Numbered from the stretch's first letter, positions 18,961 to 28,389 are shown. The stretch: DNA of 64,000 nucleotides from Myxococcales bacterium (GCA_009692485.1 SHZB01000001.1:48960-112959), one strand, 5' to 3'. Translations and numbers: made by a program. Notes: a model not told the origin generated them from the sequence alone.

Positions 18961-19092
18961 GCAGAAGCGGAGGGACCTCCAAGAAAACCGAGAGTCCTCC
19001 GCAGAAGCGGAGGGACCTCCAAGAAAACCGAGAGTCCTCCGCAGAAGCGGAGGGACCTCCAAGAAAATCGAGAGTCCTCCGCAGAAGCGGAC
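18961..19092. repeat. 3.3 x 40-bp tandem repeat; each unit junction forms a 7-bp hairpin
   Basis: GCAGAAGCGGAGGGACCTCCAAGAAAACCGAGAGTCCTCC at 18961, 19001 and 19041, plus a partial unit at 19081. The inverted repeat is CCTCCGC-AGAA-GCGGAGG. The array starts 4 nt after the stop of the Lys-rich mini-gene. Confidence 0.9.
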
Positions 19093-19096
19093 GAGC

Positions 19097-19201
19097 TCAG
19101 CTCTTCTTCGCAGCAGCCTTCTTGGCGACCTTCTTGGCAGGCGCCTTCTTTGCCTTGGGCTTTGCGGTTTCTTTCTTCGCTGCTTTTTTTGCCTTAGCCA
19201 T
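19097..19201 (-). CDS. 34-aa Lys/Ala-rich histone-H1-like basic mini-protein
   Basis: MAKAKKAAKKETAKPKAKKAPAKKVAKKAAAKKS. The ATG is preceded by AAAGAGGAACTC (SD-like AGAGGA at about -5). An alternative ATG at 19222 would add MRDKEEL. Confidence 0.6.
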   Translation of the reverse strand: MAKAKKAAKKETAKPKAKKAPAKKVAKKAAAKKS

Positions 19202-19586
19202 GAGTTCCTCTTTGTCGCGCATTGGCGCGAGGTGTTGGCGCCACAGTCGGCGCGGGTTGTGCGGGCCCTTCTTCAAGTCGCGTGCCAATTGTGAAACGCA
19301 CACGCGCGCGCTGCGTCTCGACGTGCGCGCCGTGTCACTCGAGTTGCTCGAAAGTGTGCAACGAAGCCGGCAGACCCGGGCGATTCGCACACGCACGATG
19401 ACGCGATCATTCGATCTCGCACGCGCGCGACGTCGCCGCTGCTCGGGTGCGACAGAGCGCATGCGTGCAAAGTGCGCGCACCGATGCGTGCAAGTCGTGC
19501 ACATCGTGCCGCGCGCGGATGACGTGTACGAGCCTCGCTGTCGATCGCTAGACGCGACGTGCCGTCTCGACCATGAGTAGAAATTC

Positions 19587-20150
19587 ATGGGGGACATCAG
19601 CGCACGCGATCTCTTGCTGCCGCCGTGCATCATGAGTTTGTTGCGGCTTCCACTCGCGGTCGTGTTCGTGACGTGTGCACGCGAACCGCAGATCGCATTT
19701 CTCGTGATGCTCGCGGCAGGGCTCTCGGACATCCTCGATGGTTGGCTCGCTCGCCGCTTCGACATGGCGACACCGACCGGCGCGCTCATCGACCCCATCG
19801 CTGACAAGCTCTTCATCGCGACGGTGCTCGTCACACTCGTCCTGCACGGAAAGGTCTCGCTGGCTGAAGCGCTGCTGCTCAGCACACGGGAGCTCGGTGA
19901 ACTTCCGCTCGTCCTCTGGATTGCCGTGAAGCGGCGCGTGCGGCCCGAGCCAGCGGTCATGCCGCGAGCCAACGTCGTCGGAAAAGTTGCGACGATCTTG
20001 CAGTTCGGCACCGTCGCCGTCGCGGTCTTCGGCGTCTCTGGGTTCTCGATGATGGTCTACGTGACGGCCCTCGGCGGTACAGTCGCGGCGCTGAGCTACT
20101 GGCTTCGTACGCTCCGCAATGCGGGCACTCGTAGTACGATGATCGCGTGA
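19587..20150 (+). CDS. CDP-alcohol phosphatidyltransferase family protein (PgsA-like)
   Basis: DILDGWLARRFDMATPTGALIDPIADK matches D-x2-DG-x2-AR-x8-G-x3-D-x3-D. Multi-TM. Confidence 0.85.
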   Translation: MGDISARDLLLPPCIMSLLRLPLAVVFVTCAREPQIAFLVMLAAGLSDILDGWLARRFDMATPTGALIDPIADKLFIATVLVTLVLHGKVSLAEALLLSTRELGELPLVLWIAVKRRVRPEPAVMPRANVVGKVATILQFGTVAVAVFGVSGFSMMVYVTALGGTVAALSYWLRTLRNAGTRSTMIA

Positions 20151-21001
20151 CGCGCGGCGATTCGGATCGTGGAGACCGACCAAAAACGGGGCCGAAATCC
20201 GGCCTCGACATGGAGCTCGAGCTCGGCAGAGCGAGCTCGCCGGTCTCGCGTGTTCGTCCGACGCCTGCCTCGGATCAACTGGGCGCGGGCGGCGACTTTG
20301 GCGGCGGGACCGGCGACACCGGCCTCGAGCTCGCCACCGATCAGCTGGACATCGAGCAACGCTACTCCGGACGGCGGTCGCGGGCGGCGCAAGGCCCACC
20401 GTCCGAGCGCACAAGCTCTCGCATCGTCGTGCGTCGCCACGATTCGGAGCGCCCGCCGTTCGCGGCGAATCTCAGTTTCGGCATCTTGCTCGTCATCCTC
20501 CTCGTGCTCGCGACGCCGTATTTCTCGGACCGCGGAGTCGCTCGCGTCGTAGAAATCCTCCGGGGCACGGCGCCGGCAGCGTTCGCCGCGCTCGGGGTGA
20601 CGCTCTTCGGGGCGTGGGCGTACATCTTTGGTCGCGCCTTCGCATTCGGCTCGAGTGCGCTCCACCTGGTGAGCCTCGCCATCGTGGTCGAAATGGCGGC
20701 GAGCGCGATTGTCGTCGGTGGGCTCTTGAGCAAATCGGTGGCAGCTCGCGTCCTGCAAAGCGTGATGCCGCTCTTCGTGCCGATCGCGAGCGCGGCGGTG
20801 ACGCTCGGGCTCGCCGTGTTCCTGCTCCGTTGCGCCAGGGTCGAGCTACGAAGCCAAGACCGCCGCGTTGGACTCGCCGTGCTCTTCATTTTCCTCGGGG
20901 TGCTCGCGCTGCCGATTGGCATCCGCGTCGCGCGCGTCGATCTGGCGCTACCTCTGCATGGAGACTCGCTCGACGTCCCGCTTTGGACGCCGCTGTTCTA
21001 G
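20147..21001 (+). CDS. hypothetical integral membrane protein
   Basis: The GTG start overlaps the upstream TGA (GTGA). Four to five hydrophobic segments in the C-terminal two thirds. An alternative ATG lies near 20210. Confidence 0.5.
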   Translation: MTRGDSDRGDRPKTGPKSGLDMELELGRASSPVSRVRPTPASDQLGAGGDFGGGTGDTGLELATDQLDIEQRYSGRRSRAAQGPPSERTSSRIVVRRHDSERPPFAANLSFGILLVILLVLATPYFSDRGVARVVEILRGTAPAAFAALGVTLFGAWAYIFGRAFAFGSSALHLVSLAIVVEMAASAIVVGGLLSKSVAARVLQSVMPLFVPIASAAVTLGLAVFLLRCARVELRSQDRRVGLAVLFIFLGVLALPIGIRVARVDLALPLHGDSLDVPLWTPLF

Positions 21002-21046
21002 CTGCGCGCCGCTTCTCGCACCTGCCAAGACCCGCGCGCCGCTAGC

Positions 21047-22135
21047 ATGCGAGCGATGCGCATCCTGTACGGCGTCGTCGGCGAAGGCATGGGGCACGCG
21101 ATTCGCTCGCGCGTCGTGCTCGAGCACCTCGTGCGGCAGAAACACGAGCTGCAGGTCGTCGCGTCCGCTCGCGCCGCGGATTTTCTGGCCAAGCACTTCG
21201 AGCGGGTGAAGCGCATTCGGGGCTTTCACATCATCTATGAGGACAACGCCGTCAGCCGGAACAAGACGCTCTGGTCGAACGTGGTCCACACCGCGCTCCG
21301 CGGCGTCCCGGCGAACGTGGCCGCATACTTCGAGCTGATCGAGACGTTTCGCCCCGACCTCGTCATCAGCGATTTCGAGTCGTGGACCTATCTCTATGCG
21401 CGCGCGCATCGCATTCCGGTGATCTCGATCGACAACATGCAGATCATCAACCGATGCGTGCATTCGGCGTCGATCAAGCGAGGCCACGAGACCGCGTTCG
21501 CCCTCACGCGCGCGTTCGTGAAGGGCAAGCTGCCCGGCTGCCGCCATTACCTGATCGCGACGTTTTTCAGGCCGGAGCTACGAAAGAAGCGGACGACGCT
21601 GGTGCCGCCGATCTTGCGTTCGGAGGTGCTCCTTACCAAGTCATCGCCGGGCGAGCACATCCTCGTCTACCAGACCGGTACGAGCAACGAGCCGCTCCTC
21701 GCCGCGCTCGCAAACAGCGGGCTACCGTGTCACGTCTACGGCATCCGTCGCGATCTCGAAGAGGACGTCGTTGAAGGCAATCTTCGGTTTCGGCCATTTT
21801 CGGAGGCCGGCTTCGTCGCCGATCTCGCGTCGTCGCGCGCCGTCATCGCCGGCGGCGGCTTCACGCTCATGGGAGAGGCCGTCTACTTGAAGAAGCCGAT
21901 GCTGAGCGTGCCGGTCGCGCGCCAATTCGAGCAGGTGATGAACGGCCGCTACTTGGCGAAGGCCGGCTTTGGGATGAGCGTCGATTCGCTCGACGACCCG
22001 GCGGCGGTCCACGCTTTCTTGAGGGGACTGCCCGCCTTCGAGTCGGCGCTCTCGCACTACGAACAGGACGGCAACACCGACCTCTACGCCGCGCTCGATG
22101 GACTCATGGACCGCGCGGAGGCCGGCGTTCTCTAG
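21047..22135 (+). CDS. glycosyltransferase (MJ1255/VC-type, GT-B fold)
   Basis: MRILYGVVGEGMGHAIRSRVVLEHL N-terminus, with GGGFTLMGEAVYLKKPMLSVP near the C-terminus. Confidence 0.65.
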   Translation: MRAMRILYGVVGEGMGHAIRSRVVLEHLVRQKHELQVVASARAADFLAKHFERVKRIRGFHIIYEDNAVSRNKTLWSNVVHTALRGVPANVAAYFELIETFRPDLVISDFESWTYLYARAHRIPVISIDNMQIINRCVHSASIKRGHETAFALTRAFVKGKLPGCRHYLIATFFRPELRKKRTTLVPPILRSEVLLTKSSPGEHILVYQTGTSNEPLLAALANSGLPCHVYGIRRDLEEDVVEGNLRFRPFSEAGFVADLASSRAVIAGGGFTLMGEAVYLKKPMLSVPVARQFEQVMNGRYLAKAGFGMSVDSLDDPAAVHAFLRGLPAFESALSHYEQDGNTDLYAALDGLMDRAEAGVL

Positions 22136-22150
22136 CTCGGCATCACGCAC

Positions 22151-23404
22151 ATGCAACGGCGCGCAGATCGCATTTTGATCGTCATGGTCGGGCTCCCCGC
22201 GCGGGGAAAATCGTTCCTTGCGCGCAAAATCTGCCGGTATTTGCGCTGGCTCGGGCACGCGGCCCGCATTTTCAACGTCGGCAGCTACCGTCGCGAACGA
22301 CTCGGCGATCACAAGCCCGCGGCGTTCTTCGATCCGAACAACCCTGAGGGCTCGGAGGCCCGGCAGCTGGTCGCGGATGCCGCGCTCGATGACGCCCTTC
22401 GGTGGCTCAAGACCGAGGGCACGGTCGCTCTCTACGACGCGACCAACTCGACGCGGGCGCGGCGCGCGCATCTCTTGGAGCAGGCCACGCGCGTGGACGT
22501 TCGTGTCCTCTTCGTGGAGAGCATTTGCCACGATGAGGGGATCGTCGAAGCGAACATCTCCGAGACGAAGCTGCGCTCCCCCGACTACGTGGGCGTGCCG
22601 GCAGACATCGCCCTCGCGGACTTTCGCAGACGCATCGAGCTGTATGAGCAGGCGTACGAGTCCGTGAGCGATCCGCTCCTCAGCTTCGTGCAAGTGATCG
22701 ACGCCGGCAGGCAGGTCGTGGTCAATCGCGTGGAGGGACCGCTGCTCGCGCGCATTGTGGCGCTGCTCCTCAACTCGCGGCTCACGCGTCGCACGATCTG
22801 GCTCACGCGGCACGGCGAGAGCGTGTTCAACATGCGTGGGCGCATCGGCGGTAATTCGGTCTTGAGTCCGCGCGGCGAAGACTATGCGCTCGCCCTGGGC
22901 CGACACTTCGAGCCTCCACCGGCAGGACTCGTCGTGTGGACGAGTACCCTCGCGCGCGCGATGGCGACGGCGCGCCATTTCCTCGTCCCGCGGACCGAAT
23001 GGCGGCAGCTCGACGAGATCGATGCGGGCGTCTGCGACGGCATGACCTACGAAGAGATCGCCCGCAATTCGCCTGAGCTCGCGTCCGCTCGTGCTGCCGA
23101 CAAGCTGCGCTTTCGGTATCCGCAGGGCGAGTCTTACCTCGACGTCGTGCGCCGGCTCGAGCCGCTGATCCTCGAGCTAGAACGGCAGACGACGCCGACC
23201 TTGATCGTGTCGCACCAAGCCGTGTTGCGCGCGCTCTACGCCTATCTCGTGGGCGAGCCCGTGGAGCATTGTCCGCACGTGGCGATGCCGCTCCACACCT
23301 TGCTCGAGCTCGTACCGAACGCCTACGGCTCCGACGAGCGGCGCACCCTGCTCACCTCGCGCATCGAAGAGCGTCCCAGCATGATGCCCCCTTCGGGCGC
23401 GTGA
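22151..23404 (+). CDS. bifunctional 6-phosphofructo-2-kinase / fructose-2,6-bisphosphatase (eukaryote-type)
   Basis: ILIVMVGLPARGKSFLARKICRYLRWLGHAARIFNVGSYRR (6PF2K Walker A region). IWLTRHGESVFNMRGRIGGNSVLSPRG and VSHQAVLRALYAY (His-phosphatase domain). Confidence 0.85.
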   Translation: MQRRADRILIVMVGLPARGKSFLARKICRYLRWLGHAARIFNVGSYRRERLGDHKPAAFFDPNNPEGSEARQLVADAALDDALRWLKTEGTVALYDATNSTRARRAHLLEQATRVDVRVLFVESICHDEGIVEANISETKLRSPDYVGVPADIALADFRRRIELYEQAYESVSDPLLSFVQVIDAGRQVVVNRVEGPLLARIVALLLNSRLTRRTIWLTRHGESVFNMRGRIGGNSVLSPRGEDYALALGRHFEPPPAGLVVWTSTLARAMATARHFLVPRTEWRQLDEIDAGVCDGMTYEEIARNSPELASARAADKLRFRYPQGESYLDVVRRLEPLILELERQTTPTLIVSHQAVLRALYAYLVGEPVEHCPHVAMPLHTLLELVPNAYGSDERRTLLTSRIEERPSMMPPSGA

Positions 23405-23490
23405 AGCCGTCGCCGATTGCAGAAGCCGTGACCGCGGCAAACGCCGGAGGCCGACGGACTTGAATGGCAGCCTCATCGCGTTACACCGCG

Positions 23491-24477
23491 TCACGCGTCG
23501 AGGCCGAGGTCGTGCGCCGTCCGGTCGTCGATGAGCCCCTGTCGCCGGGCACGTGCGAGCACCACGCGATCGACGCGGTCGGTCGCGCGGTCGGCCATCC
23601 GCCCGTGGATCATCAGCGCGCCCACGCCCCGCTGCTCGGCATCGCGGTAGGCACGCACGCGCACGAGCGCCGCGTCGAGCTGCTCTTTCACGGGCGAGAA
23701 GACGCTGTTGGTCACCGCAAGCTGCGCCGGAATTCCGCACCATTTGCCTGCGAAGCCCAGCTCGAGCGCATGCACGGCGTCGCGTCGACACTCGACGAGG
23801 GCCGCTTCACGGTCCGACTCTGTCTTTTCTTTGGTGGGGTAATTGAGCGTCATTTCCGCGATGGCTGGCACGTTCACGGAGGCCGCGGCCTTGGCGATGC
23901 GGATGCGGGCATGGTCGACGAGCGGGTGATCGAAACGATACGGAACCTGCGCGCCGAGGCTGCTCCAGTAATCGAAGGCCCCAAAGACCAGCGCGAAGAG
24001 CCTGGTCCCGGCGGCGGCGATCGCGAAGGCACGCTCTTCGGCGAGCACGCTCTCGATGAGGACGGCGACGCGGATCTGGCCCGCGGGCAATCCAAGCGTC
24101 CGTTCGAGCGCCGTGAGCTGAAGGTCGAGCCGAATGACCTCGTCTTCGTGCTCGACCTTCGGATAGACGAGACCCTCGAGCTGGGCACCCGCCGCCGTGA
24201 CGACTGCGCGCACGTCCTCGAGCTCGGGATCGAGCGCATGGCCACGAGGCCGGAAGCAGCGCTTTCGTGTTCCCCAGTCGAGGGTCGTGAGCGCCTTCGC
24301 GATGTTGTCACGAGCGCAATCGAGCAGCGCTCCGTCGTCCTTCGGGATCGAGTCCTCGAGATCGAGCATCACGAGGTCGGCCTCGCTCTCTTGGCACGCG
24401 CCGACGACGTATTTCCAATTCGTCGCGGGGCACGTGAGATGCGTGCGCTGCAATTGCCATCGCTCTAAAAGGCCCAT
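23491..24477 (-). CDS. HpcH/HpaI aldolase / citrate-lyase beta (CitE)-like protein
   Basis: DLVMLDLEDSIP motif. Start set at ATG 24477 (MGLLERWQ...). The upstream track extension looks non-coding. Confidence 0.7.
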   Translation of the reverse strand: MGLLERWQLQRTHLTCPATNWKYVVGACQESEADLVMLDLEDSIPKDDGALLDCARDNIAKALTTLDWGTRKRCFRPRGHALDPELEDVRAVVTAAGAQLEGLVYPKVEHEDEVIRLDLQLTALERTLGLPAGQIRVAVLIESVLAEERAFAIAAAGTRLFALVFGAFDYWSSLGAQVPYRFDHPLVDHARIRIAKAAASVNVPAIAEMTLNYPTKEKTESDREAALVECRRDAVHALELGFAGKWCGIPAQLAVTNSVFSPVKEQLDAALVRVRAYRDAEQRGVGALMIHGRMADRATDRVDRVVLARARRQGLIDDRTAHDLGLDA

Positions 24478-24541
24478 GTCACACTCCACGACCGGCGTTG
24501 TCGTCGTCCACGATGGCAAGGATTCGAGGCGCAGGCAGCAC

Positions 24542-24868
24542 TCACGCGCTCGCGGCCGGAGCCTCTTTGACGATGTGAATGCCGACCTTCTTGAGCCACC
24601 AGATCGCACCGACCACGAGCTGGCGCCGGTCCTCGACGAAGCTTGGCTTTTTTCCCTCGAACGCGTGTCCGACGAACTGAAATGTCCAACCAACCGTGAA
24701 CATCGCCGCTGCGAGCGGCAGCCCGACGATGGTCGCGCCGACCGGCAACGAGCCTGCAATAAGCGGAATGCCGACCGCATGGCACGCCTGGTTTCTCGGG
24801 TCTTGGTGATCGGCGCGGTACTTCTCGAGGAGGTCCGTCCACTCTTGATTCAATTGAATGAGGCTCAT
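24542..24868 (-). CDS. DUF962 (Mpo1/YGL010w-like) small membrane protein
   Basis: MSLIQLNQEWTDLLEKYRADHQDPRNQACHAVGIPL...GWTFQFVGHAFEGKKPSF. The ATG overlaps the TetR stop as ATGA. Confidence 0.7.
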   Translation of the reverse strand: MSLIQLNQEWTDLLEKYRADHQDPRNQACHAVGIPLIAGSLPVGATIVGLPLAAAMFTVGWTFQFVGHAFEGKKPSFVEDRRQLVVGAIWWLKKVGIHIVKEAPAASA

Positions 24869-25716
24869 TTTCGTTCCTTTGGCTGCTTGAGGGGCTTTGC
24901 GTTTTTGCCGGCTCGCGGCTGTTTGAGGGTCATTGGGTTCTTGGCGGCCTTCGACCGCTTGAGGGTCGTCGCGCCTCCGGCGGTCTTCTCGTGTCTTGGG
25001 GCGCCCTTCCGCTTGATGACTGCCAGTTCGGGGCGCTCTCTGTCCGAGAGGACGATGCGAACGAGCACCCGAATGAGCGTCTCGCGCAAGCATGCGTCCG
25101 TGAGGATGGGCCGACCGAGCACGTGCGCGTGCACCGAGCCCTCGACCATCCCGAACAGCACGAAGGCTGTACCTTCAAGCGCGTCCCGTTGTCCAAGCTC
25201 AGCGAGCAGGCCGGCGATCTGCGTGACGAGCGCGCGCTCTGCGTGGGACGTCAGCTCGTCGAGTTGGGGGTCGGCGTGGCGACGCTCGGTCAGGACCGCG
25301 TGGAGACCGGGGTCGTCGCGATGCGCCGCGAGCACGACGTCGACGACGTGCCCCATGAGCTGCTCGACGACCTCGCGTCGTGCTCGCGCGGCTGGCAGAA
25401 CCGCGAGGCGCACCGAGCGAAGCGCAGCGGCTCGTGGAACGGCTACGCGTGGCGCGGATGCGCTCAAGCTGCCGAACGCGTCCTTGGCGAGCTGTGAGAG
25501 GCGAGCCGCGGCGAGCTCCCGCAAGAGCGCGTCCTTGTCGGCGAAGTACTGGTAGAAGCTGCCGGTCGCGACGCCCGCGCGGGTGGCGATCGATTTGCTT
25601 GTCGTGGTTGCGTAGCCGGAGCGCGAAAACTCGATCGCACCAGCGAGCAGCAGCCCCTCGCGCGTGCGAACGGCCCGGCTCTGCGAGGGCGTTCTGAGAG
25701 CGGTCGGGTCAGGCAC
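24865..25716 (-). CDS. TetR/AcrR family transcriptional regulator with Lys-rich C-terminal tail
   Basis: HTH region GYATTTSKSIATRAGVATGSFYQYFADKDALL. The tail is KRKGAPRHEKT...KQPKERK. Confidence 0.85.
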   Translation of the reverse strand: MPDPTALRTPSQSRAVRTREGLLLAGAIEFSRSGYATTTSKSIATRAGVATGSFYQYFADKDALLRELAAARLSQLAKDAFGSLSASAPRVAVPRAAALRSVRLAVLPAARARREVVEQLMGHVVDVVLAAHRDDPGLHAVLTERRHADPQLDELTSHAERALVTQIAGLLAELGQRDALEGTAFVLFGMVEGSVHAHVLGRPILTDACLRETLIRVLVRIVLSDRERPELAVIKRKGAPRHEKTAGGATTLKRSKAAKNPMTLKQPRAGKNAKPLKQPKERK

Positions 25717-25773
25717 GGGCAGAGGCTCTCAAAAACTGAACTCGACGTCAAGTTCAGAATCTCTGACGCCTCG

Positions 25774-28389
25774 TCATCGCGCTCTTTCCGCGCTGAAGTC
25801 GCGCGCGACGCCACCCGGCTCGGCGGGAAGGCCGAAGAGAGCCGTGTCGTAATACTCGGTGCGTGGCGGCGTCTCGCTCCCCGCGCGGTGGAGAAATCCG
25901 GGCGCGTCGTCGCCGCGGTCGAGCGAAACGACCCGCGTGCAACCGGCACCGACGAGCTCGAGCGCGAGCGGCTCCGAGTTGTCGAGATAGCCTTCCGCGA
26001 CGAGCAGCGTGTCATCGCGCATCAAGCACGCCGCCATGCGAACGCGCGGTGCGCCAAGCTCGCGGGCTTCACGACGCACCTTCCCATCTGCGACGAGCAG
26101 GACGAGCTCCGTCTGGTCGCCGCGCGGAACATGGTGTTCGGCCGCGACCTCGAGCGTGAGCGCGCCTTCGCGTGGACTCGCCGAAACGACCCCGAGATCC
26201 GCGCGAATCGGCCACAGCACCGCTCCGTCTTTCACGAGACCGCGGCGATTTTCGAGGCGCGACGTGCCGAGGCCGATCGCCACCAGCGCGCGCTGCTGCT
26301 CGCTTCCATCTCGCGCGCCTCCGGTCGTGCGGCCTGCGGACTCGCGCGTTCCAGGCCGGATTTCCCACGCGTAGCGACCGCTCGTGAAGCTCCAGAGCGT
26401 GATGGGTTCTCCATGCCGTTCGCGAACGACGCGATGGAGGGCAGGGAGCGACAGCGGGTCGGGTGCGCCCTCGCCGACCGGGCTCCACGAGCTTGGAGCT
26501 TGCGTGCGTGGGGCTCCGGTTTTCGCGAGAAGAAAAAAACGCTCCTCGCGCGAGCCTTCGAGGATGGAGTGCGCTCGGCCCGACATGCGAGCGTCGAGGA
26601 GGCCGCCGCGCTCGGAGCCATCGTGCGCCGGAGCGAGCGCGAAGCTGATTCCATCCGCGGCATCGAGTCGCACGGCGGCATCGCAATCCGCCAAGCCAAG
26701 CGCGCGCGTGAGGGTGGCCTCGACCGCGCGGTGACTCCACGCGAAGACGAGCTGCCCGCGCTTCGTGCGGCACAGCGCGGCCCGCTCCTCGAGCGCGTTC
26801 GACCGAGGCGCGAGCAGGTCTGATGCGAGCAGGTCCGACGCGAGGCTCGGCAGCGGTGACGCTCCGGCGGCGAGCAGTGGCACGAACCCCTGGCGAATTG
26901 AGCGGAAGTGTTCGGGCGTGCGCGTGCCATACGGCCATGCTCCGAGCCACGTTCGTCCGCTTCGATCGAGCGCGATGGTCGTCCTTGCTGCGATCGGAGG
27001 CGCGAGCACGCGGTCTTCGTCGAGCACTCCTGCGTTCGGAATGGCGACACGCGCGCCCGTGAAGGACGCAACGACGCGCGCCTGCTCCGAAGCCGGGAGC
27101 ATGCCGCTGCCTCCGGGTCCAGTGAGCGCATGCGGCGAGTCATACCCGGGCACGTAGCGGAGCTCGAGCTGACGCGTATCGAGCGCGACCAGTCGCACGC
27201 TCTCGTGGGCACGGTCGGCATCGGGTCGCAGCGAAGTCTCGAACATCGCGGCCGGACGCGGCGAAGTCTCGAACATCGCGGCCGGACGCGGCGAAGTCTC
27301 GAACATCGCGGCCGGACGCGGCGATTCCGTCTCGCCGAGCGCCCGCCATTGCCCTTCACCGGGAAGGGACTTGCGGCACGCCGTCGCGAGTGCGCCTGGC
27401 CAAACGCGCGGCACGGACACCTCCGCATCGGTGCCGCGCCCGTAGTCCGACGGAGCGGCTGCGCCGATGTTGGGCGCGCAGCGGCTGCCCGCGAGTGCGT
27501 CGACACATGCGTCTCGGGCGACGCGAAAAACTGCGGCGACGCGTGAGACTGCGACGGCTCTGATGCTCGAGCTGCGTACGCGCACGACGTCTCCGAACAG
27601 CTCCGTCCACGATCGCTGCGACGCCAAGCGCCACGCAGCTGCGTTGTGCCCGGCCGACGGCGTGTGAACGAGCCGCGTGGGCTCGAGCTCGACCGCGAGC
27701 GAATGGGAACGTGACGCGATCTCGAGCCTGCCGTCCTTGAGCGACAACCGCGCATCGACCCACCCCGCTCCGAGGGCGACGACCGTGCGAACGAGAGTCG
27801 CCGAGTCCGCGCGGCAAGCTGCAACTTCGAACATGCGGCGTGCAGCGCTCGAGGCATTGTCCGCGCGACCAACGGGACCACCGAATGCGAGCACCGTCGC
27901 CCCGGTCGCCTCGTCGCCGCGCCGCGACAGAACCGCGAGCGTGAAGCCCCGCGTCGTGAGCGGTCCTTCGTCTGCGAGCGGCGTCTCCGTCAGGTTTTCG
28001 ACCGCGAGCACCCGCGCCGCACGGCCCTCAGCCGAGACGCGAACGCACGCGCGGAAGACGTCGCGCATCCCCGGCTCCCCTCGCCCTCCCGCGCCGCTCG
28101 CATCTTCCGCAGCGATCGCGCCGAGGAACACGACTCCACGGCCGAGCGTCGCATCGATGAGCGCGCCGTGGCTCGGCTCCCAGACGACGTCCTCGGGTAG
28201 GACGGTGCTGCGCGTGGCGTGGCCGAGCAGGTCCGCGACTTCAGCGAGCGATGCGCCCCCTCTTCGCGCGCTTGGCTCAAGCCAGGATGTGCCGGAAATA
28301 CCGGCAAATAACGCAACCATGCCGATCCACGGCGCGCGTGCCAGCGAGGCCTTCACGATTCGGACGAGCAACGGCGTTCGCGCGAACAA
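25774..28389 (-). CDS. large hypothetical membrane-anchored protein (possible tandem phosphodiester-glycosidase-like regions)
   Basis: 871 aa. TTG start with an N-terminal hydrophobic segment (WIGMVALFAGISGTSW). Internal 30-bp x3 repeat (PRPAAMFETS x3, 27231-27320). Segments such as RGQLVFAWSHRAVEATLTRALGLADCDAAVRLDAADGISF loosely resemble the partial gene at 1-451. Confidence 0.45.
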   Translation of the reverse strand: MFARTPLLVRIVKASLARAPWIGMVALFAGISGTSWLEPSARRGGASLAEVADLLGHATRSTVLPEDVVWEPSHGALIDATLGRGVVFLGAIAAEDASGAGGRGEPGMRDVFRACVRVSAEGRAARVLAVENLTETPLADEGPLTTRGFTLAVLSRRGDEATGATVLAFGGPVGRADNASSAARRMFEVAACRADSATLVRTVVALGAGWVDARLSLKDGRLEIASRSHSLAVELEPTRLVHTPSAGHNAAAWRLASQRSWTELFGDVVRVRSSSIRAVAVSRVAAVFRVARDACVDALAGSRCAPNIGAAAPSDYGRGTDAEVSVPRVWPGALATACRKSLPGEGQWRALGETESPRPAAMFETSPRPAAMFETSPRPAAMFETSLRPDADRAHESVRLVALDTRQLELRYVPGYDSPHALTGPGGSGMLPASEQARVVASFTGARVAIPNAGVLDEDRVLAPPIAARTTIALDRSGRTWLGAWPYGTRTPEHFRSIRQGFVPLLAAGASPLPSLASDLLASDLLAPRSNALEERAALCRTKRGQLVFAWSHRAVEATLTRALGLADCDAAVRLDAADGISFALAPAHDGSERGGLLDARMSGRAHSILEGSREERFFLLAKTGAPRTQAPSSWSPVGEGAPDPLSLPALHRVVRERHGEPITLWSFTSGRYAWEIRPGTRESAGRTTGGARDGSEQQRALVAIGLGTSRLENRRGLVKDGAVLWPIRADLGVVSASPREGALTLEVAAEHHVPRGDQTELVLLVADGKVRREARELGAPRVRMAACLMRDDTLLVAEGYLDNSEPLALELVGAGCTRVVSLDRGDDAPGFLHRAGSETPPRTEYYDTALFGLPAEPGGVARDFSAERAR

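Noticed and set aside
18961-19092. Possible CRISPR array (regularly spaced repeats with palindromic cores); the same was considered for 55670-55775 and 51455-51589
   Set aside because: The units abut directly with no unique spacers. The periods (40, 17 and 15 bp) are too short, and no cas genes are present.
24197-25555. 452-aa plus-strand ORF
   Set aside because: It is antisense to the CitE-like, DUF962 and TetR genes. It is Ser/Arg-rich.
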